Shown here: piece after piece, positions 50,001-58,864 of the stretch
Numbering within the stretch: the first letter of the stretch is position 1
Layout of the letters: each line of letters starts with the position of its first letter
Virus record (IMG/VR): IMGVR_UViG_3300031694_000003
Location: 3,767 to 67,766 of that record
Strand: one strand, 5' to 3'
Origin: a virus
Taxonomy: Duplodnaviria; Caudoviricetes
Length of the DNA stretch: 64,000 nt
Position numbers and translations under genes: made by a program
Notes under the pieces: model-generated
Told to the model about the DNA's origin: nothing
The model's database searches: none
The model's input: only the letters and a program-made list of their open reading frames with translations

Positions 50001-50662
50001 AATGTCAAATGTTCTACAAGTCATTAGTTGATACCGACTTTTTTGGTTCGGCATACTCAAAGACACTTACTTTCTATCCATTTAACGAAGGAGAGGAAGA
50101 TGTGTTTATATCTTATGCAGAATTAGTTGACCCATACTACCTACCTCAAGGAGTATTCACTAGTCAACCCGTTGGCTCATTACAAGCTACATGGACATTA
50201 ACTGCTACTTCTACTAGAGAAGGTGATAATGATAAGTCATATACTAAAGCTGCTCCACTAACGGAAACTTCTAAAACTCCAGTAGATGCAGGAAACCTTA
50301 GCAGTGAAGGTACTTTACATAAGCTTCAAAAAAGAATGGGTGCTGCTGCTACTCCTTTGAATAACTCTGGTTCAACATCTTCTAGAATAGATGTAGGCTT
50401 CTCTGTTAACACTAATAACGATGTTACTGGTAGCTACTATAAAGTATTAGAGATTAACTACTATAGAGATATAGCTGCTAATCAGAAATACTGGAATGGT
50501 TCTTCTTGGGTTATGAGAGCGTTTGGAGGTCAAAACGTTTGGAAAACTAGAAAGTTAATCAAGATTGAGGTAAATACTTCTTCTGGAATAACAGTAAGTG
50601 ATGTAGATGAGAATAGTTTAACTGAAAGCTCTACAATATTATTCGGTACTATTAACGCATAA
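47048..50662 (+). CDS. Large Ser/Thr/Gly-rich tail-associated protein (1204 aa)
   Basis: Composition and position in the tail fibre module. Confidence 0.55.
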   Translation: MAKYPKITGNISGASKFDRLKSPLYGLPAHLGGINQNYLVKKLTDSAGNETVFAVVVIESSGDSGSFLNVSNIHLKDEADALTQAGTGNTNATQQDLFCLTPLKKTGSDAYTDNNPYMASQLSDMSVENLYSTLATDSDYVATDLNTEADGAASFMKFSLTSEKEIVWEAEGTALADCTAVIPVYTHAYVVANPIPAGSYAAILVKCNTLGTSIFDGSKTNTLTISHDGDITGQESSSDYTLTLSINAENLFELSATFNGSPVTHNATTGLQAQRMMYVPDDLYSGFTWPTNYLTNSFYNSQNSSSIGTPSTETEGPLSPAGNPINAQQYSTIINGAAGHISNTDILEAMFSNGVSTFDSAGLIIRDGSPFPEAFMASSSQKDGILLTQSSQGAVARQSISSGSAFTQSIKQGFSSSITSEGTMTKVSGSNTYQNFSIATATVEDTTTYTLDPQSTPGSEEVSMDVKIPYAVYPIFSYSATTIGREGSLANSRAEFPAAAIVAAASNMNFNIHSGDVHNSFDALGATVISPINTAKAYSAVKGHAAADTKMKLVHNVRINCHNANDVLDRNGLAGPAIYGNDSSTVSTARVSDGEDGFDTTSTVVAADLSPTNGSMDYTILSTVDSTEPKVGFLGRNVDGSYTGHEPQGYNKVDTVFSAPVTCWKPGYAEGEAIGFDRVPYFNEVGATPSKLTLTTGYYSSRPLFHLGYSGGTVGVVNIDRFEFLGPNTVVSGAVTPLTGYAPTGASLTNGLFDYGTEEYREVSDAFSSTASGTTFTHVSNGATLPTSYVEDMEIFDVPSSVITDTAQRKFVGNVTAGSNSTKTTMTIKDVSGTLIAANNLSSTFTFKIGKPTFAANSRNTSFTHAFDAVRGTEGERDRVNSIYGSDLSYRAHTTETYIKLNDEVVINSVGTAANVNSLHAGSSSAANQKFSCNSSSVLNTDGTSSLDIVNYSPEEAGVEINTSTMLSARYYDSSTQLDVYGGTECQMFYKSLVDTDFFGSAYSKTLTFYPFNEGEEDVFISYAELVDPYYLPQGVFTSQPVGSLQATWTLTATSTREGDNDKSYTKAAPLTETSKTPVDAGNLSSEGTLHKLQKRMGAAATPLNNSGSTSSRIDVGFSVNTNNDVTGSYYKVLEINYYRDIAANQKYWNGSSWVMRAFGGQNVWKTRKLIKIEVNTSSGITVSDVDENSLTESSTILFGTINA

Positions 50663-50671
50663 AATAACGAC

Positions 50672-51217
50672 ATGGCTCAAACAAGTATAGAATATACTGA
50701 GTACGGTCAGCAATATATAACCCTTCCTTTGGTGATTAAAAACACCATGGGTGGGGTAATTATTGTTAGTAAGGTTTATGTACAGAACATTTTCTTGCCA
50801 GAATCGGCTGTATCACAAGATGATTTGGTTTTAACCATAAATGAAAGCAACTCTGATTACTCAGAGGTTGAACAGAACTCAACAACTGACTATAAAGTTG
50901 TACATATTAATGGGTTTAATGGCGATTCTGATAAAAACTTCAAGGTTGAACGGGTAATATCTTTAGGTATAAGCACTTCCTTTACTTTTCAGGTTGTATT
51001 TAACCCGAATATTAATAGGAATATAATAAATAGAGGTAACTTTGTAGGTAAGGTTGTGGTAGAGTATTCTATATATGGAATAACTCAACCTAATTTCGAA
51101 CTCAACTTAGAAGCATCGTGCTCAGATAAATCTATTACATTATTTAGCGGAGTACCTTATGGTAGCGTAAGTAATGTATTTGGAATAGCAGTAAATAACG
51201 TAAGAAACTTAAACTAA
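50672..51217 (+). CDS. Putative tail-associated protein (181 aa)
   Basis: Beta-rich ORF in the operon. Confidence 0.55.
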   Translation: MAQTSIEYTEYGQQYITLPLVIKNTMGGVIIVSKVYVQNIFLPESAVSQDDLVLTINESNSDYSEVEQNSTTDYKVVHINGFNGDSDKNFKVERVISLGISTSFTFQVVFNPNINRNIINRGNFVGKVVVEYSIYGITQPNFELNLEASCSDKSITLFSGVPYGSVSNVFGIAVNNVRNLN

Positions 51218-52362
51218 TGTTAGCAATAGGAGAGTCAAAATTTGGAGGAAAGGTGTTCTACTACAACCCTAATGACGACTTTTGCCTTGTTGTCTCTGAT
51301 GTTGAGGTAGTTGGCCAACCTTTTAATGCTGACAGCTCGGCAGACGTTTTAGAGACGACTTGGGAATGGCTTATATTTGGTTCGGGTTACGCTAATTCAT
51401 TAGCTATATATCCCTACCTTAGTTCTGGAGATGCACTTCATACTATAATGAATAGCTCTGAGGGTGGGTATACTGATTGGTACTTACCTGATTACTCTGA
51501 ATTGGCTCAAATATTTACACAGCATTATTATTATTTAGACGATTCTATTGATTTCAATATTAACACCACAGACGAGTACCTTACTTCAAGTCCTGACTTT
51601 TCAGAAGTTGATGCTAGGGTTTATACGTATAGCGAGGCTATTACTATTGGGGATACTCTTGGTGGGAAGAGTACAGAAACTCCATATACTCAATCAACAG
51701 GTATTCGTGCTAAGATGGTTAGAAAGCAATCACTTACGAGTGTTGCTATATATGACGTAGATGAGTCTAAGCTGTATGGTGATTCTAATCTTTCGTTTGG
51801 GTTTATAACTCAAGATAGTGTACCTATTGATGCTGTAGATTTAACCACTCAAACTATAACAATACATACAAATGAGCCTACCAGTATAATACTATCGACT
51901 TATATAAATGTTGAGAAGTTAGAGTTTGACGAACAGCCAACTCCTGTTAATATTTTTGGAAGTATTCCTTTCTTGAGGAGCGTTGTTGATGATAGTGGAA
52001 GGGTATTCCACTCAAACCCCAATCTTACATCCACCCTTTCTGCTATAGAAAATGCCACTGCTTATCAGGTAACTTTAGATAAAGCGATTCATTATGCTTT
52101 TAATCTTGTAGGAGAAAGTTTAGCTGGTGATTTTAGCTTTACCATACCTGAAGGTGCTAGCTTCCTTCCTTTTATGGCTGAAGCTCCTATGTTTATATCT
52201 TCAGGAAGAAACCCTTTATTTAAAAGGGGTGATGTAGATAAGGTAGGGAAGATAATAGACCTTCAAAGTGGAATGTCATTCCCTGGTCAACTTAAAAAAC
52301 TTGTACCTGGTAGTGGTTATATAATAAATACCACATCTTCAATAACCGTAAAATTCAAGTAG
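51217..52362 (+). CDS. DUF1566 (Lcl C-terminal-like) domain protein
   Basis: IGESKFGGKVFY and GGYTDWYLPDYSEL motifs. Confidence 0.55.
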   Translation: MLAIGESKFGGKVFYYNPNDDFCLVVSDVEVVGQPFNADSSADVLETTWEWLIFGSGYANSLAIYPYLSSGDALHTIMNSSEGGYTDWYLPDYSELAQIFTQHYYYLDDSIDFNINTTDEYLTSSPDFSEVDARVYTYSEAITIGDTLGGKSTETPYTQSTGIRAKMVRKQSLTSVAIYDVDESKLYGDSNLSFGFITQDSVPIDAVDLTTQTITIHTNEPTSIILSTYINVEKLEFDEQPTPVNIFGSIPFLRSVVDDSGRVFHSNPNLTSTLSAIENATAYQVTLDKAIHYAFNLVGESLAGDFSFTIPEGASFLPFMAEAPMFISSGRNPLFKRGDVDKVGKIIDLQSGMSFPGQLKKLVPGSGYIINTTSSITVKFK

Positions 52363-52363
52363 T

Positions 52364-53026
52364 ATGCTGAATATAAACTACCCTTTAGAGGTAACTGAAA
52401 ACGGAGGAATTCATAGAATTAGAATCACTAAAGAGTCTTTAATTCTTGCTATATCTCAAATGCCTGAGCATACGTCTATAGGTGTTATGAGGAATGCTTT
52501 GATTGACGTATTTAGAGCTGCTGACGCAGGGATAGAAGGTGAATGGAGTGGTCATATTATAGATAGGAACTACGAATTCATGCACAGCATACTCATGGGG
52601 ACTGCTTCGGAGATTGGTTATGGTTTGTACAATTCATGGAATAGAGAGGAATATCAAAATTTATACAGCTCTAAACTAGACATACTTTTAGTAACTGACG
52701 TTATATATACTGTAGTTATTAAAGATGGTTCTAATAATATCCTTGGAGGTTTTGAGCCTTTCACTGCTAAGTTGGCAATAAATAAAGATTTTTACATACT
52801 TCCTTTGATTCCAGCTAAAGGACTTGGGTATATACACTTAAGTATTACACAAAACGATGGCTCAGTGTATGGTAAATATAATATAGCAAATCAATATCTT
52901 TTCTTTACGTCTAAGCAATACTTAAACTCAGCACCTACTTATAACTTTCTTCACGGTATTACTCAAAACCCTATAGACAAAAAGATGAAAGGATTTGTAA
53001 TCTTAGATATTTTAAAAACTAACTAA
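52364..53026 (+). CDS. Hypothetical protein (220 aa)
   Basis: Tightly packed ORF. Confidence 0.6.
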   Translation: MLNINYPLEVTENGGIHRIRITKESLILAISQMPEHTSIGVMRNALIDVFRAADAGIEGEWSGHIIDRNYEFMHSILMGTASEIGYGLYNSWNREEYQNLYSSKLDILLVTDVIYTVVIKDGSNNILGGFEPFTAKLAINKDFYILPLIPAKGLGYIHLSITQNDGSVYGKYNIANQYLFFTSKQYLNSAPTYNFLHGITQNPIDKKMKGFVILDILKTN

Positions 53027-53027
53027 C

Positions 53028-54632
53028 ATGGCTAAAGAAGTAAAAATAACCATAGACACAAAGAATCCAACCATATCGGTAGGGATAAAAACTAACGTAG
53101 TTATTGGCCGTGACTCTTCTCTAGACCCTGTTATACAATTTAAATCTACAGGCTCTTCAGGAGTTAAAGGAGACGCAGGTTCAGTAGGTCCAGCGGGTGT
53201 TGACGGAATTGATGGGGTTGGATTAACTACAGCTCAAGCAAATCAAATAGGGGTTAATGGGTTAAAGATTACATACCCCGAAGATGATGCTGCTAAACTT
53301 TCTGGAATATCTATAGGTGCTGAGGTTAATGTTAGGTCTGATTGGAATTCTATTTCAGGTGACTCAGAGATACTAAACAAACCATTTGTTCCTCTTGATT
53401 TAACTGTAAGTGGTCAAGGTGTTGTTCACGCAAACAACTACACAGATACCGATACAATATACACACACCCAAGTAATCATTCTATATCTGTTATAACAGG
53501 ATTGCAATCAGCCTTAAATGGTAAGATAAACAATTCTCAAGTTCTTACAGATGTACCTAGTGGCGCATTATTTACAGACACAAACACTGTATATACCCAC
53601 CCTACAAATCATGCAATTTCTGTTACAACAGGACTTCAGGCAGCGTTGGATGGGAAAGTAGACGATAGTCAGGTTCTTACAGACGTGCCTAGTGGTGCTT
53701 TATTCACCGATACAGACACTATATACTCTCACCCAGCTAATCATGCCATTTCTGTAACTACAGGGCTACAATCAGCTCTAGACGGAAAGGTAGATGACAG
53801 TCAAGTATTAACAAACGTACCTTCGGGAGCGTTGTTTACTGATACAAACACTGTATATGACGCTACAACTATACAAGCAGAGGTTGATTTAAATACAGCT
53901 AAAACTTCTAATATAGTACAGACTACAATAACAGGTAATGCTGGTACAGCTACAGCCCTTACTTCTGGGGATAAGACTATATCTGGAACGTTAGACTTAT
54001 CGGGTTCTACTGACAAATTAGTGATTAATAATACAGAAGTTGTTAAGGTTGTGTCTAACGTAGTAACTATAGGGCAATCGAATAGAGTTTTAAAACTGGA
54101 TTCCTCAGAGACACAAATACTTTCATCTACAGGAATACAACTAGGTCATGCAACAGATACTACTATTGCTAGAGTGTCTGCTGGTGTTGTAGCTGTTGAA
54201 GGTATTAAGATTCAAATGGTTAATTCTCACACTCACTTTATACACGCTGGTACTTACTTAAATTACTCATACTCAAGGTACTTACCATTGAATGGTAGCT
54301 TGAATGAGCAGAATACATCTACATCTGCTCCTGAGTACACTTCGTTTGTATGGCCTTACGATGGTTCTGTAAGTAAAGTATGGGTTAGGACTGAAGCAGA
54401 CTCTGGTAGTACTGAGATAAAACTATACAAAGGAGCTAACGGTAGTTCTGTTAGTACAGCAATGGGAGCTATCACACATGACTGCGGAGCTAATACTTCG
54501 GTTGAGTTTAGTATGGTTTCAGTTTCAAATAACTTCAGTAAGGGTGAGGCTATGGCTATTAGGATAGCACCAACTAACGCATCACATGGAGTGAATGTCA
54601 CCATAGAATGCGTGTTTAATTTAACAACTTAA
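53028..54632 (+). CDS. Tail fibre protein with a short collagen-like segment and three 44-aa repeats
   Basis: GVKGDAGSVGPAGVDG; YTHPxNHxISVxTGLQxALxGK repeats; TTIARVSAGVVAVEG. Confidence 0.75.
   Translation: MAKEVKITIDTKNPTISVGIKTNVVIGRDSSLDPVIQFKSTGSSGVKGDAGSVGPAGVDGIDGVGLTTAQANQIGVNGLKITYPEDDAAKLSGISIGAEVNVRSDWNSISGDSEILNKPFVPLDLTVSGQGVVHANNYTDTDTIYTHPSNHSISVITGLQSALNGKINNSQVLTDVPSGALFTDTNTVYTHPTNHAISVTTGLQAALDGKVDDSQVLTDVPSGALFTDTDTIYSHPANHAISVTTGLQSALDGKVDDSQVLTNVPSGALFTDTNTVYDATTIQAEVDLNTAKTSNIVQTTITGNAGTATALTSGDKTISGTLDLSGSTDKLVINNTEVVKVVSNVVTIGQSNRVLKLDSSETQILSSTGIQLGHATDTTIARVSAGVVAVEGIKIQMVNSHTHFIHAGTYLNYSYSRYLPLNGSLNEQNTSTSAPEYTSFVWPYDGSVSKVWVRTEADSGSTEIKLYKGANGSSVSTAMGAITHDCGANTSVEFSMVSVSNNFSKGEAMAIRIAPTNASHGVNVTIECVFNLTT
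53445..53858 (+). repeat. Three tandem 132-bp coding repeats plus a partial fourth
   Basis: Units begin at 53445, 53577, 53709 and 53841. Confidence 0.9.
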
Positions 54633-54636
54633 GATT

Positions 54637-55056
54637 ATGTCATTAGGAAACCAACAGTCTGTAGATATACACGACAAGACAGGAGACGATAAAGAAGCTT
54701 TAAAGAATGAGTTTGATGCTGGGCACATGAGTAGAGTTGCTACCAGTCCAGACGAAGAGCCTATGATTGCAAGTTTGATATATCAAATAGGATTATTAAA
54801 AGAAGATATAGACGAACTACGTAGGTACTTAACTGCAGAGGTTGGTGACGGAGCTAAAGGTGATTCAGGAAATGCAGGAGCTACGGGAAGTACGGGAGCA
54901 AGAGGTGCAACAGGTTCAACGGGTTCGACGGGGGCTGCAGGCTCTGACGCAACTGTAGACTTATTTATGAGAACGTTTAATGGTAGCAAGTTACCAACAA
55001 GAGCGCCCGCAAGAGGATTACTTTGGAACGATAGAGGAACAGTTAAAATAGGATAA
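54637..55056 (+). CDS. Short collagen-like (Gly-X-Y) fibre protein
   Basis: GAKGDSGNAGATGSTGARGATGSTGSTGAAGS; ends LLWNDRGTVKIG. Confidence 0.7.
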   Translation: MSLGNQQSVDIHDKTGDDKEALKNEFDAGHMSRVATSPDEEPMIASLIYQIGLLKEDIDELRRYLTAEVGDGAKGDSGNAGATGSTGARGATGSTGSTGAAGSDATVDLFMRTFNGSKLPTRAPARGLLWNDRGTVKIG

Positions 55057-55057
55057 C

Positions 55058-55639
55058 ATGGCTAAGATAAATATAGATTTAACTACTAGGGTAGACATAA
55101 GCGCAAGGGAAGGAGACACCTTCGAGTTAGATTTAGGTGTAACTAAGGAGGATGGTTCTATTTTTAGTTTTGAAGGTAACGATGTAATCTTTACTGTATA
55201 CGGCGTAAGTAATACTCCTGTAATGCTCCTAACCTCTGGTACGATACCTTTCTATATAACAAGTTTTGGTGGTGGTGGTGATGTCTCAGAAGGTATGCTA
55301 CAAAAAGCTAGAGCTGTAAGTAAGCTAATAGAATGTGATATAAATTTATTTACCTTCGTAGATTATGCTACCTTTATAGTACCACGATACTTAAACAGCA
55401 CGCTTGCTGTAAGTGGTAGCACTGAGAATGTTCAACAAAAAGAAGGCGGTGTAAGATTAGTTGTGCAATCTCATGCATTCAACCTACCTCAAGGTTCGTA
55501 CTCTTATGAGCTTAAGGTAGCTTCTGACTTAAGAGATGTTCTTAAAGGAACTAATTATAATTCAACTAGTGTTGTGGATAGTTATTATAAAAACTCTTCC
55601 ACGTGGATGGAGGGTAAATTTACAGTAAACAAAAACTAA
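55058..55639 (+). CDS. Tail hub / BppU-like adaptor, paralogue 2
   Basis: DISAREGDTF, LPQGSYSYEL, WMEGKFTV. Confidence 0.6.
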   Translation: MAKINIDLTTRVDISAREGDTFELDLGVTKEDGSIFSFEGNDVIFTVYGVSNTPVMLLTSGTIPFYITSFGGGGDVSEGMLQKARAVSKLIECDINLFTFVDYATFIVPRYLNSTLAVSGSTENVQQKEGGVRLVVQSHAFNLPQGSYSYELKVASDLRDVLKGTNYNSTSVVDSYYKNSSTWMEGKFTVNKN

Positions 55640-55641
55640 TT

Positions 55642-56562
55642 ATGGCTACTAAAATCACAGCAGACAAGTCTAAGAGGGTTGATATAACAGCCAAGAAAGG
55701 TGATGACTTCTCTGTAAACCTTGAGATTAAAAACGAATCAGGTTCTCTTTTAGAGTTCACTAGAGATGGTTATACCTACGAGAAATACAACGACCACGTA
55801 GCTGAGGTTACCCCTATAACTTCGCAAGATAAGTGGGGGTGGTTAGGTTCGGAGGATGTTATGTTGTTTGTTGTTACGACAGAAGATGACACACCTGTAT
55901 TAGCTGCATGTAGTTCAGACTTAGACTTAGCTATGTTCAACCAAGGTTTTGACCCTACAGCAAACTTAGACGAACCTGGTACTGGATTGTATTCAAACCC
56001 AACCAATCAAAGGGATTTTGACAAGTATTATGATAGCCTTCACATGTATAAAGTTATGGGTGTAGCTAAAGCTATGTCTAAAGCATCCAATAGAAACACT
56101 GAACTAGAGAGGTCTAATTACGGTATAGAAAACTTAGTTTTCACAGAGACCTACATGAAAACCCTTGTGGATTTCAATATTTATGGTTCTCTTCAGATGA
56201 GTGCAAGTATTAATTATAGGACATGGTTACAGAATATCTTTACAAACTTTGATGTTGTACAGAACTCAAATCTCTTAGTCACTATGAATGATTCTGTTAC
56301 TGGCTATACAGAGTCTACTGGTAATGATTATATTTTCTGGGGAAGAGTAGAGGGTAATAATGCCTTTACGATTAAGTTTGACCATAGTCAATTCAACCTC
56401 CCTGTAGGTAATTACAAGTACACCTTTAAGTCTTTATCTGATTACAATTTATTCCCATCTGCCAACTCTAGCACACTTAATTATGGTGTAGATTCAGATA
56501 GCGGAAATTTATATACTAACATAACAACGTGGATACACGGTAAGCTAAGAGTAAATGAATAA
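55642..56562 (+). CDS. Tail hub / BppU-like adaptor, paralogue 3, with a long insertion
   Basis: DITAKKGDDF, LPVGNYKYTF, WIHGKLRV. Confidence 0.6.
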   Translation: MATKITADKSKRVDITAKKGDDFSVNLEIKNESGSLLEFTRDGYTYEKYNDHVAEVTPITSQDKWGWLGSEDVMLFVVTTEDDTPVLAACSSDLDLAMFNQGFDPTANLDEPGTGLYSNPTNQRDFDKYYDSLHMYKVMGVAKAMSKASNRNTELERSNYGIENLVFTETYMKTLVDFNIYGSLQMSASINYRTWLQNIFTNFDVVQNSNLLVTMNDSVTGYTESTGNDYIFWGRVEGNNAFTIKFDHSQFNLPVGNYKYTFKSLSDYNLFPSANSSTLNYGVDSDSGNLYTNITTWIHGKLRVNE

Positions 56563-56695
56563 AGAAGACGAGAAGAAGGTTAACGAGGAAGTAGCTAGAA
56601 AACAGTGGGATAGTTGGTTAACTGATTTAGAGGAGGGAGACCAACCAGAACAGTGCAAGATAGATGACCCTGACTGTGAGGCATGTGGTTCGTAA
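56555..56695 (+). CDS. 46-aa acidic peptide ending CKIDDPDCEACGS, not in the ORF track
   Basis: ATG overlaps the end of the upstream gene; translated by hand. Confidence 0.7.
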   Translation: MNKEDEKKVNEEVARKQWDSWLTDLEEGDQPEQCKIDDPDCEACGS

Positions 56696-56703
56696 AAAAG
56701 AAT

Positions 56704-56711
56704 TATATTTG
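56704..56711 (+). promoter_or_regulatory. Bacteroidetes-type -7 element (TATATTTG)
   Basis: TAnnTTTG 23 nt upstream of the 56735 ATG. Confidence 0.55.
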
Positions 56712-56734
56712 ATAACAAACTAAAACAATATACA

Positions 56735-56995
56735 ATGGCTTCAATAAACGATTTAAACACAAGACTAACGGCTTCTAACGGTACAGTTATAATAAGAAAT
56801 ACTGCCGCTGCTGCAATAGCTTCAGGCACTTATTTCGCTATGCAAGTTTTAGTTACAGGAACATACAACTTCACTATAGATGGTGTTGCGTATGCAGGCG
56901 TAAAAATAGAAGGGGGTATCGTATTGTATGGTGACATTACGAATACAGAGACTACTGATACTGCCCAGACCGCTGTAGCTCTATACAAAAACTAA
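56735..56995 (+). CDS. Small beta-rich protein (86 aa), possibly structural
   Basis: A-rich leader; TAATG coupling. Confidence 0.65.
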   Translation: MASINDLNTRLTASNGTVIIRNTAAAAIASGTYFAMQVLVTGTYNFTIDGVAYAGVKIEGGIVLYGDITNTETTDTAQTAVALYKN

Positions 56996-57207
56996 TGGAG
57001 ATATTCAAGAACGATAATAACTGGAACGAGAAGTCTATCGTAGGATTCATAGCATTTGCTGTTATGTGTCTTATTATGGTAGCCGACCTTGTTACTGGCT
57101 GGCTCGGGGCTGAACTAATAGTAAACGAGTTTGTTTACCAAGCCTTTGTATGGGTTGTATTAGGATGCTTCGGTATATCAGGTGTGGAGAAATTCGCAAA
57201 GAAATGA
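56995..57207 (+). CDS. Two-TM membrane protein, holin-like
   Basis: Two hydrophobic helices; basic C-terminus EKFAKK. Confidence 0.6.
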   Translation: MEIFKNDNNWNEKSIVGFIAFAVMCLIMVADLVTGWLGAELIVNEFVYQAFVWVVLGCFGISGVEKFAKK

Positions 57208-58220
57208 AAAACTTACTATACATATTATTACTATGCCCAGCAATTGCAAGTGCTCAAATTCTAAGGTTCGCAACTTTCTACGCAAGCTTTTCAACTGGTG
57301 CTCCTTTCGCGGAGAGCCAACAATTTCTAGTGAATGGTGTTGCTGGTTCAGGCCATCTAATGGAGATGACAGAAGTTAGTGACCCTAATTATAATATCAG
57401 TATAGGATTAAGAAAGATAGCTCGATTCGACTATCAAGTAAAACAAGGTAACTTTTACACTGGCTCAGAGAATGAGGTAAGTGATTACGCTACAATATCT
57501 AATGCTCCTGGGTTGGAGTACTTATTTGAGTACTCTTCTATACGTAGTAGAGGGATGACGTTTCGTCAACACGAATACAAACTTAGATATATATCAAACA
57601 ACTACACTACGAGAGCTTCGTATGTAGATGACGGTTTAATTAATTTACAATATACTTTGGGCGAAGTTAGGTTACGCAAGAGTTTGGGGAATGTAGACCT
57701 CACTCTGGGCGTAGCCCATCGTTCTCACCCTGTGTATGGTTATTCTCCAATAACTGAATGGTTTGATAACCCGAGTAACAAGCATTGGTGGCAATTAGCT
57801 AATGAGTTTGGTGTTACTAGTAATGATTCAGAGGAGTGGTCTTCTGATGGTGAGGTTATAGCTGAGTCTGATAGCGAGTTTTATACATATCATTTCGGTA
57901 GCTTAGTCAATAGATACAATAGAGAGCAACTCGACCTTTTAGGACTTCAACAAGAAGTGTCTGCTGTAATAGGTGCTGACTATTATATGTATGCAACTAA
58001 AACTTGGATACATGCATGGGCTTCCTTATACCCTATACACAAAGGGCTGAGTGATTATTCATATTCTTATCCTAACAAACAGACTGAATGGGATTTAGGT
58101 TTTGTAGCAGGCTCTAAAGTTAACAGACATTTTAGTATATTTGTAGAGGGCAGACATCTCAAGTATTGGGATATACTGTCATACGAAATGAAAGTTGGTT
58201 TTAATTATATAATATTTTAA
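57204..58220 (+). CDS. Predicted outer-membrane beta-barrel protein (start revised to 57204)
   Basis: Signal peptide MKNLLYILLLCPAIASA-Q; alternating amphipathic strands; terminal VGFNYIIF. Confidence 0.65.
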   Translation: MKNLLYILLLCPAIASAQILRFATFYASFSTGAPFAESQQFLVNGVAGSGHLMEMTEVSDPNYNISIGLRKIARFDYQVKQGNFYTGSENEVSDYATISNAPGLEYLFEYSSIRSRGMTFRQHEYKLRYISNNYTTRASYVDDGLINLQYTLGEVRLRKSLGNVDLTLGVAHRSHPVYGYSPITEWFDNPSNKHWWQLANEFGVTSNDSEEWSSDGEVIAESDSEFYTYHFGSLVNRYNREQLDLLGLQQEVSAVIGADYYMYATKTWIHAWASLYPIHKGLSDYSYSYPNKQTEWDLGFVAGSKVNRHFSIFVEGRHLKYWDILSYEMKVGFNYIIF

Positions 58221-58224
58221 GCTC

Positions 58225-58503
58225 ATGGCTAAAGAATTAAGCGAAGATACGTCAATACAGTTAAGTGTAAAAACATTAGGTGGTATAGCCTTCGGAATTG
58301 CAACCCTAGTTGGTATGTGGTTTATGTTACAGAATGACATAGCGGAGGCTAGAGAGCTTCCCTTACCAACAGTTCCTGCAATTACGCGTATGGAGTTTGA
58401 TATGAAGGATAAGCTCGTTAGACAGACTATAATGAATACACAGGATGATGTTTCCGAGATTAAGGAAGACATGAAGTTAATCAAAGCAAAACTTTATGAA
58501 TAA
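58225..58503 (+). CDS. Single-TM protein with a coiled-coil C-terminus (spanin- or holin-like)
   Basis: GGIAFGIATLVGMWFML TM; DVSEIKEDMKLIKAKLYE. Confidence 0.55.
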   Translation: MAKELSEDTSIQLSVKTLGGIAFGIATLVGMWFMLQNDIAEARELPLPTVPAITRMEFDMKDKLVRQTIMNTQDDVSEIKEDMKLIKAKLYE

Positions 58504-58864
58504 GCTTCTACTTTTATTCCTACTAACTACAAATATTGTAGCTCAAGAGTTCATCACTTCTAGCTCATTTGATTCTAAGACAGCTAAAGGAATAGTGGTA
58601 ATTGAGTTCTATGCAGAATGGAACGATGGTAATAAGGTGGCATTTTTACCCTCATTAAAAGATTGCGATAGTTATAAACTATCTATTGTTAAAAACTCTT
58701 CTATACAACAACGATTTAACGTTACTTCTATACCTACCTTGATTGTCTTGAACAACGGTATTGAAGAAAAGAGATTTAACCCTAACATAATGATGCAGTT
58801 AAAGACTACCCAAAAGGAAGTCCAATCATTTATAGACGAGATAATATTTAATAAATTTCAGTAA
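58496..58864 (+). CDS. Exported thioredoxin-fold protein lacking CxxC
   Basis: Signal peptide ...TNIVA-Q; VVIEFYAEW, FNVTSIPTLIV; WNDGN in place of WCxxC. Confidence 0.7.
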   Translation: MNKLLLLFLLTTNIVAQEFITSSSFDSKTAKGIVVIEFYAEWNDGNKVAFLPSLKDCDSYKLSIVKNSSIQQRFNVTSIPTLIVLNNGIEEKRFNPNIMMQLKTTQKEVQSFIDEIIFNKFQ

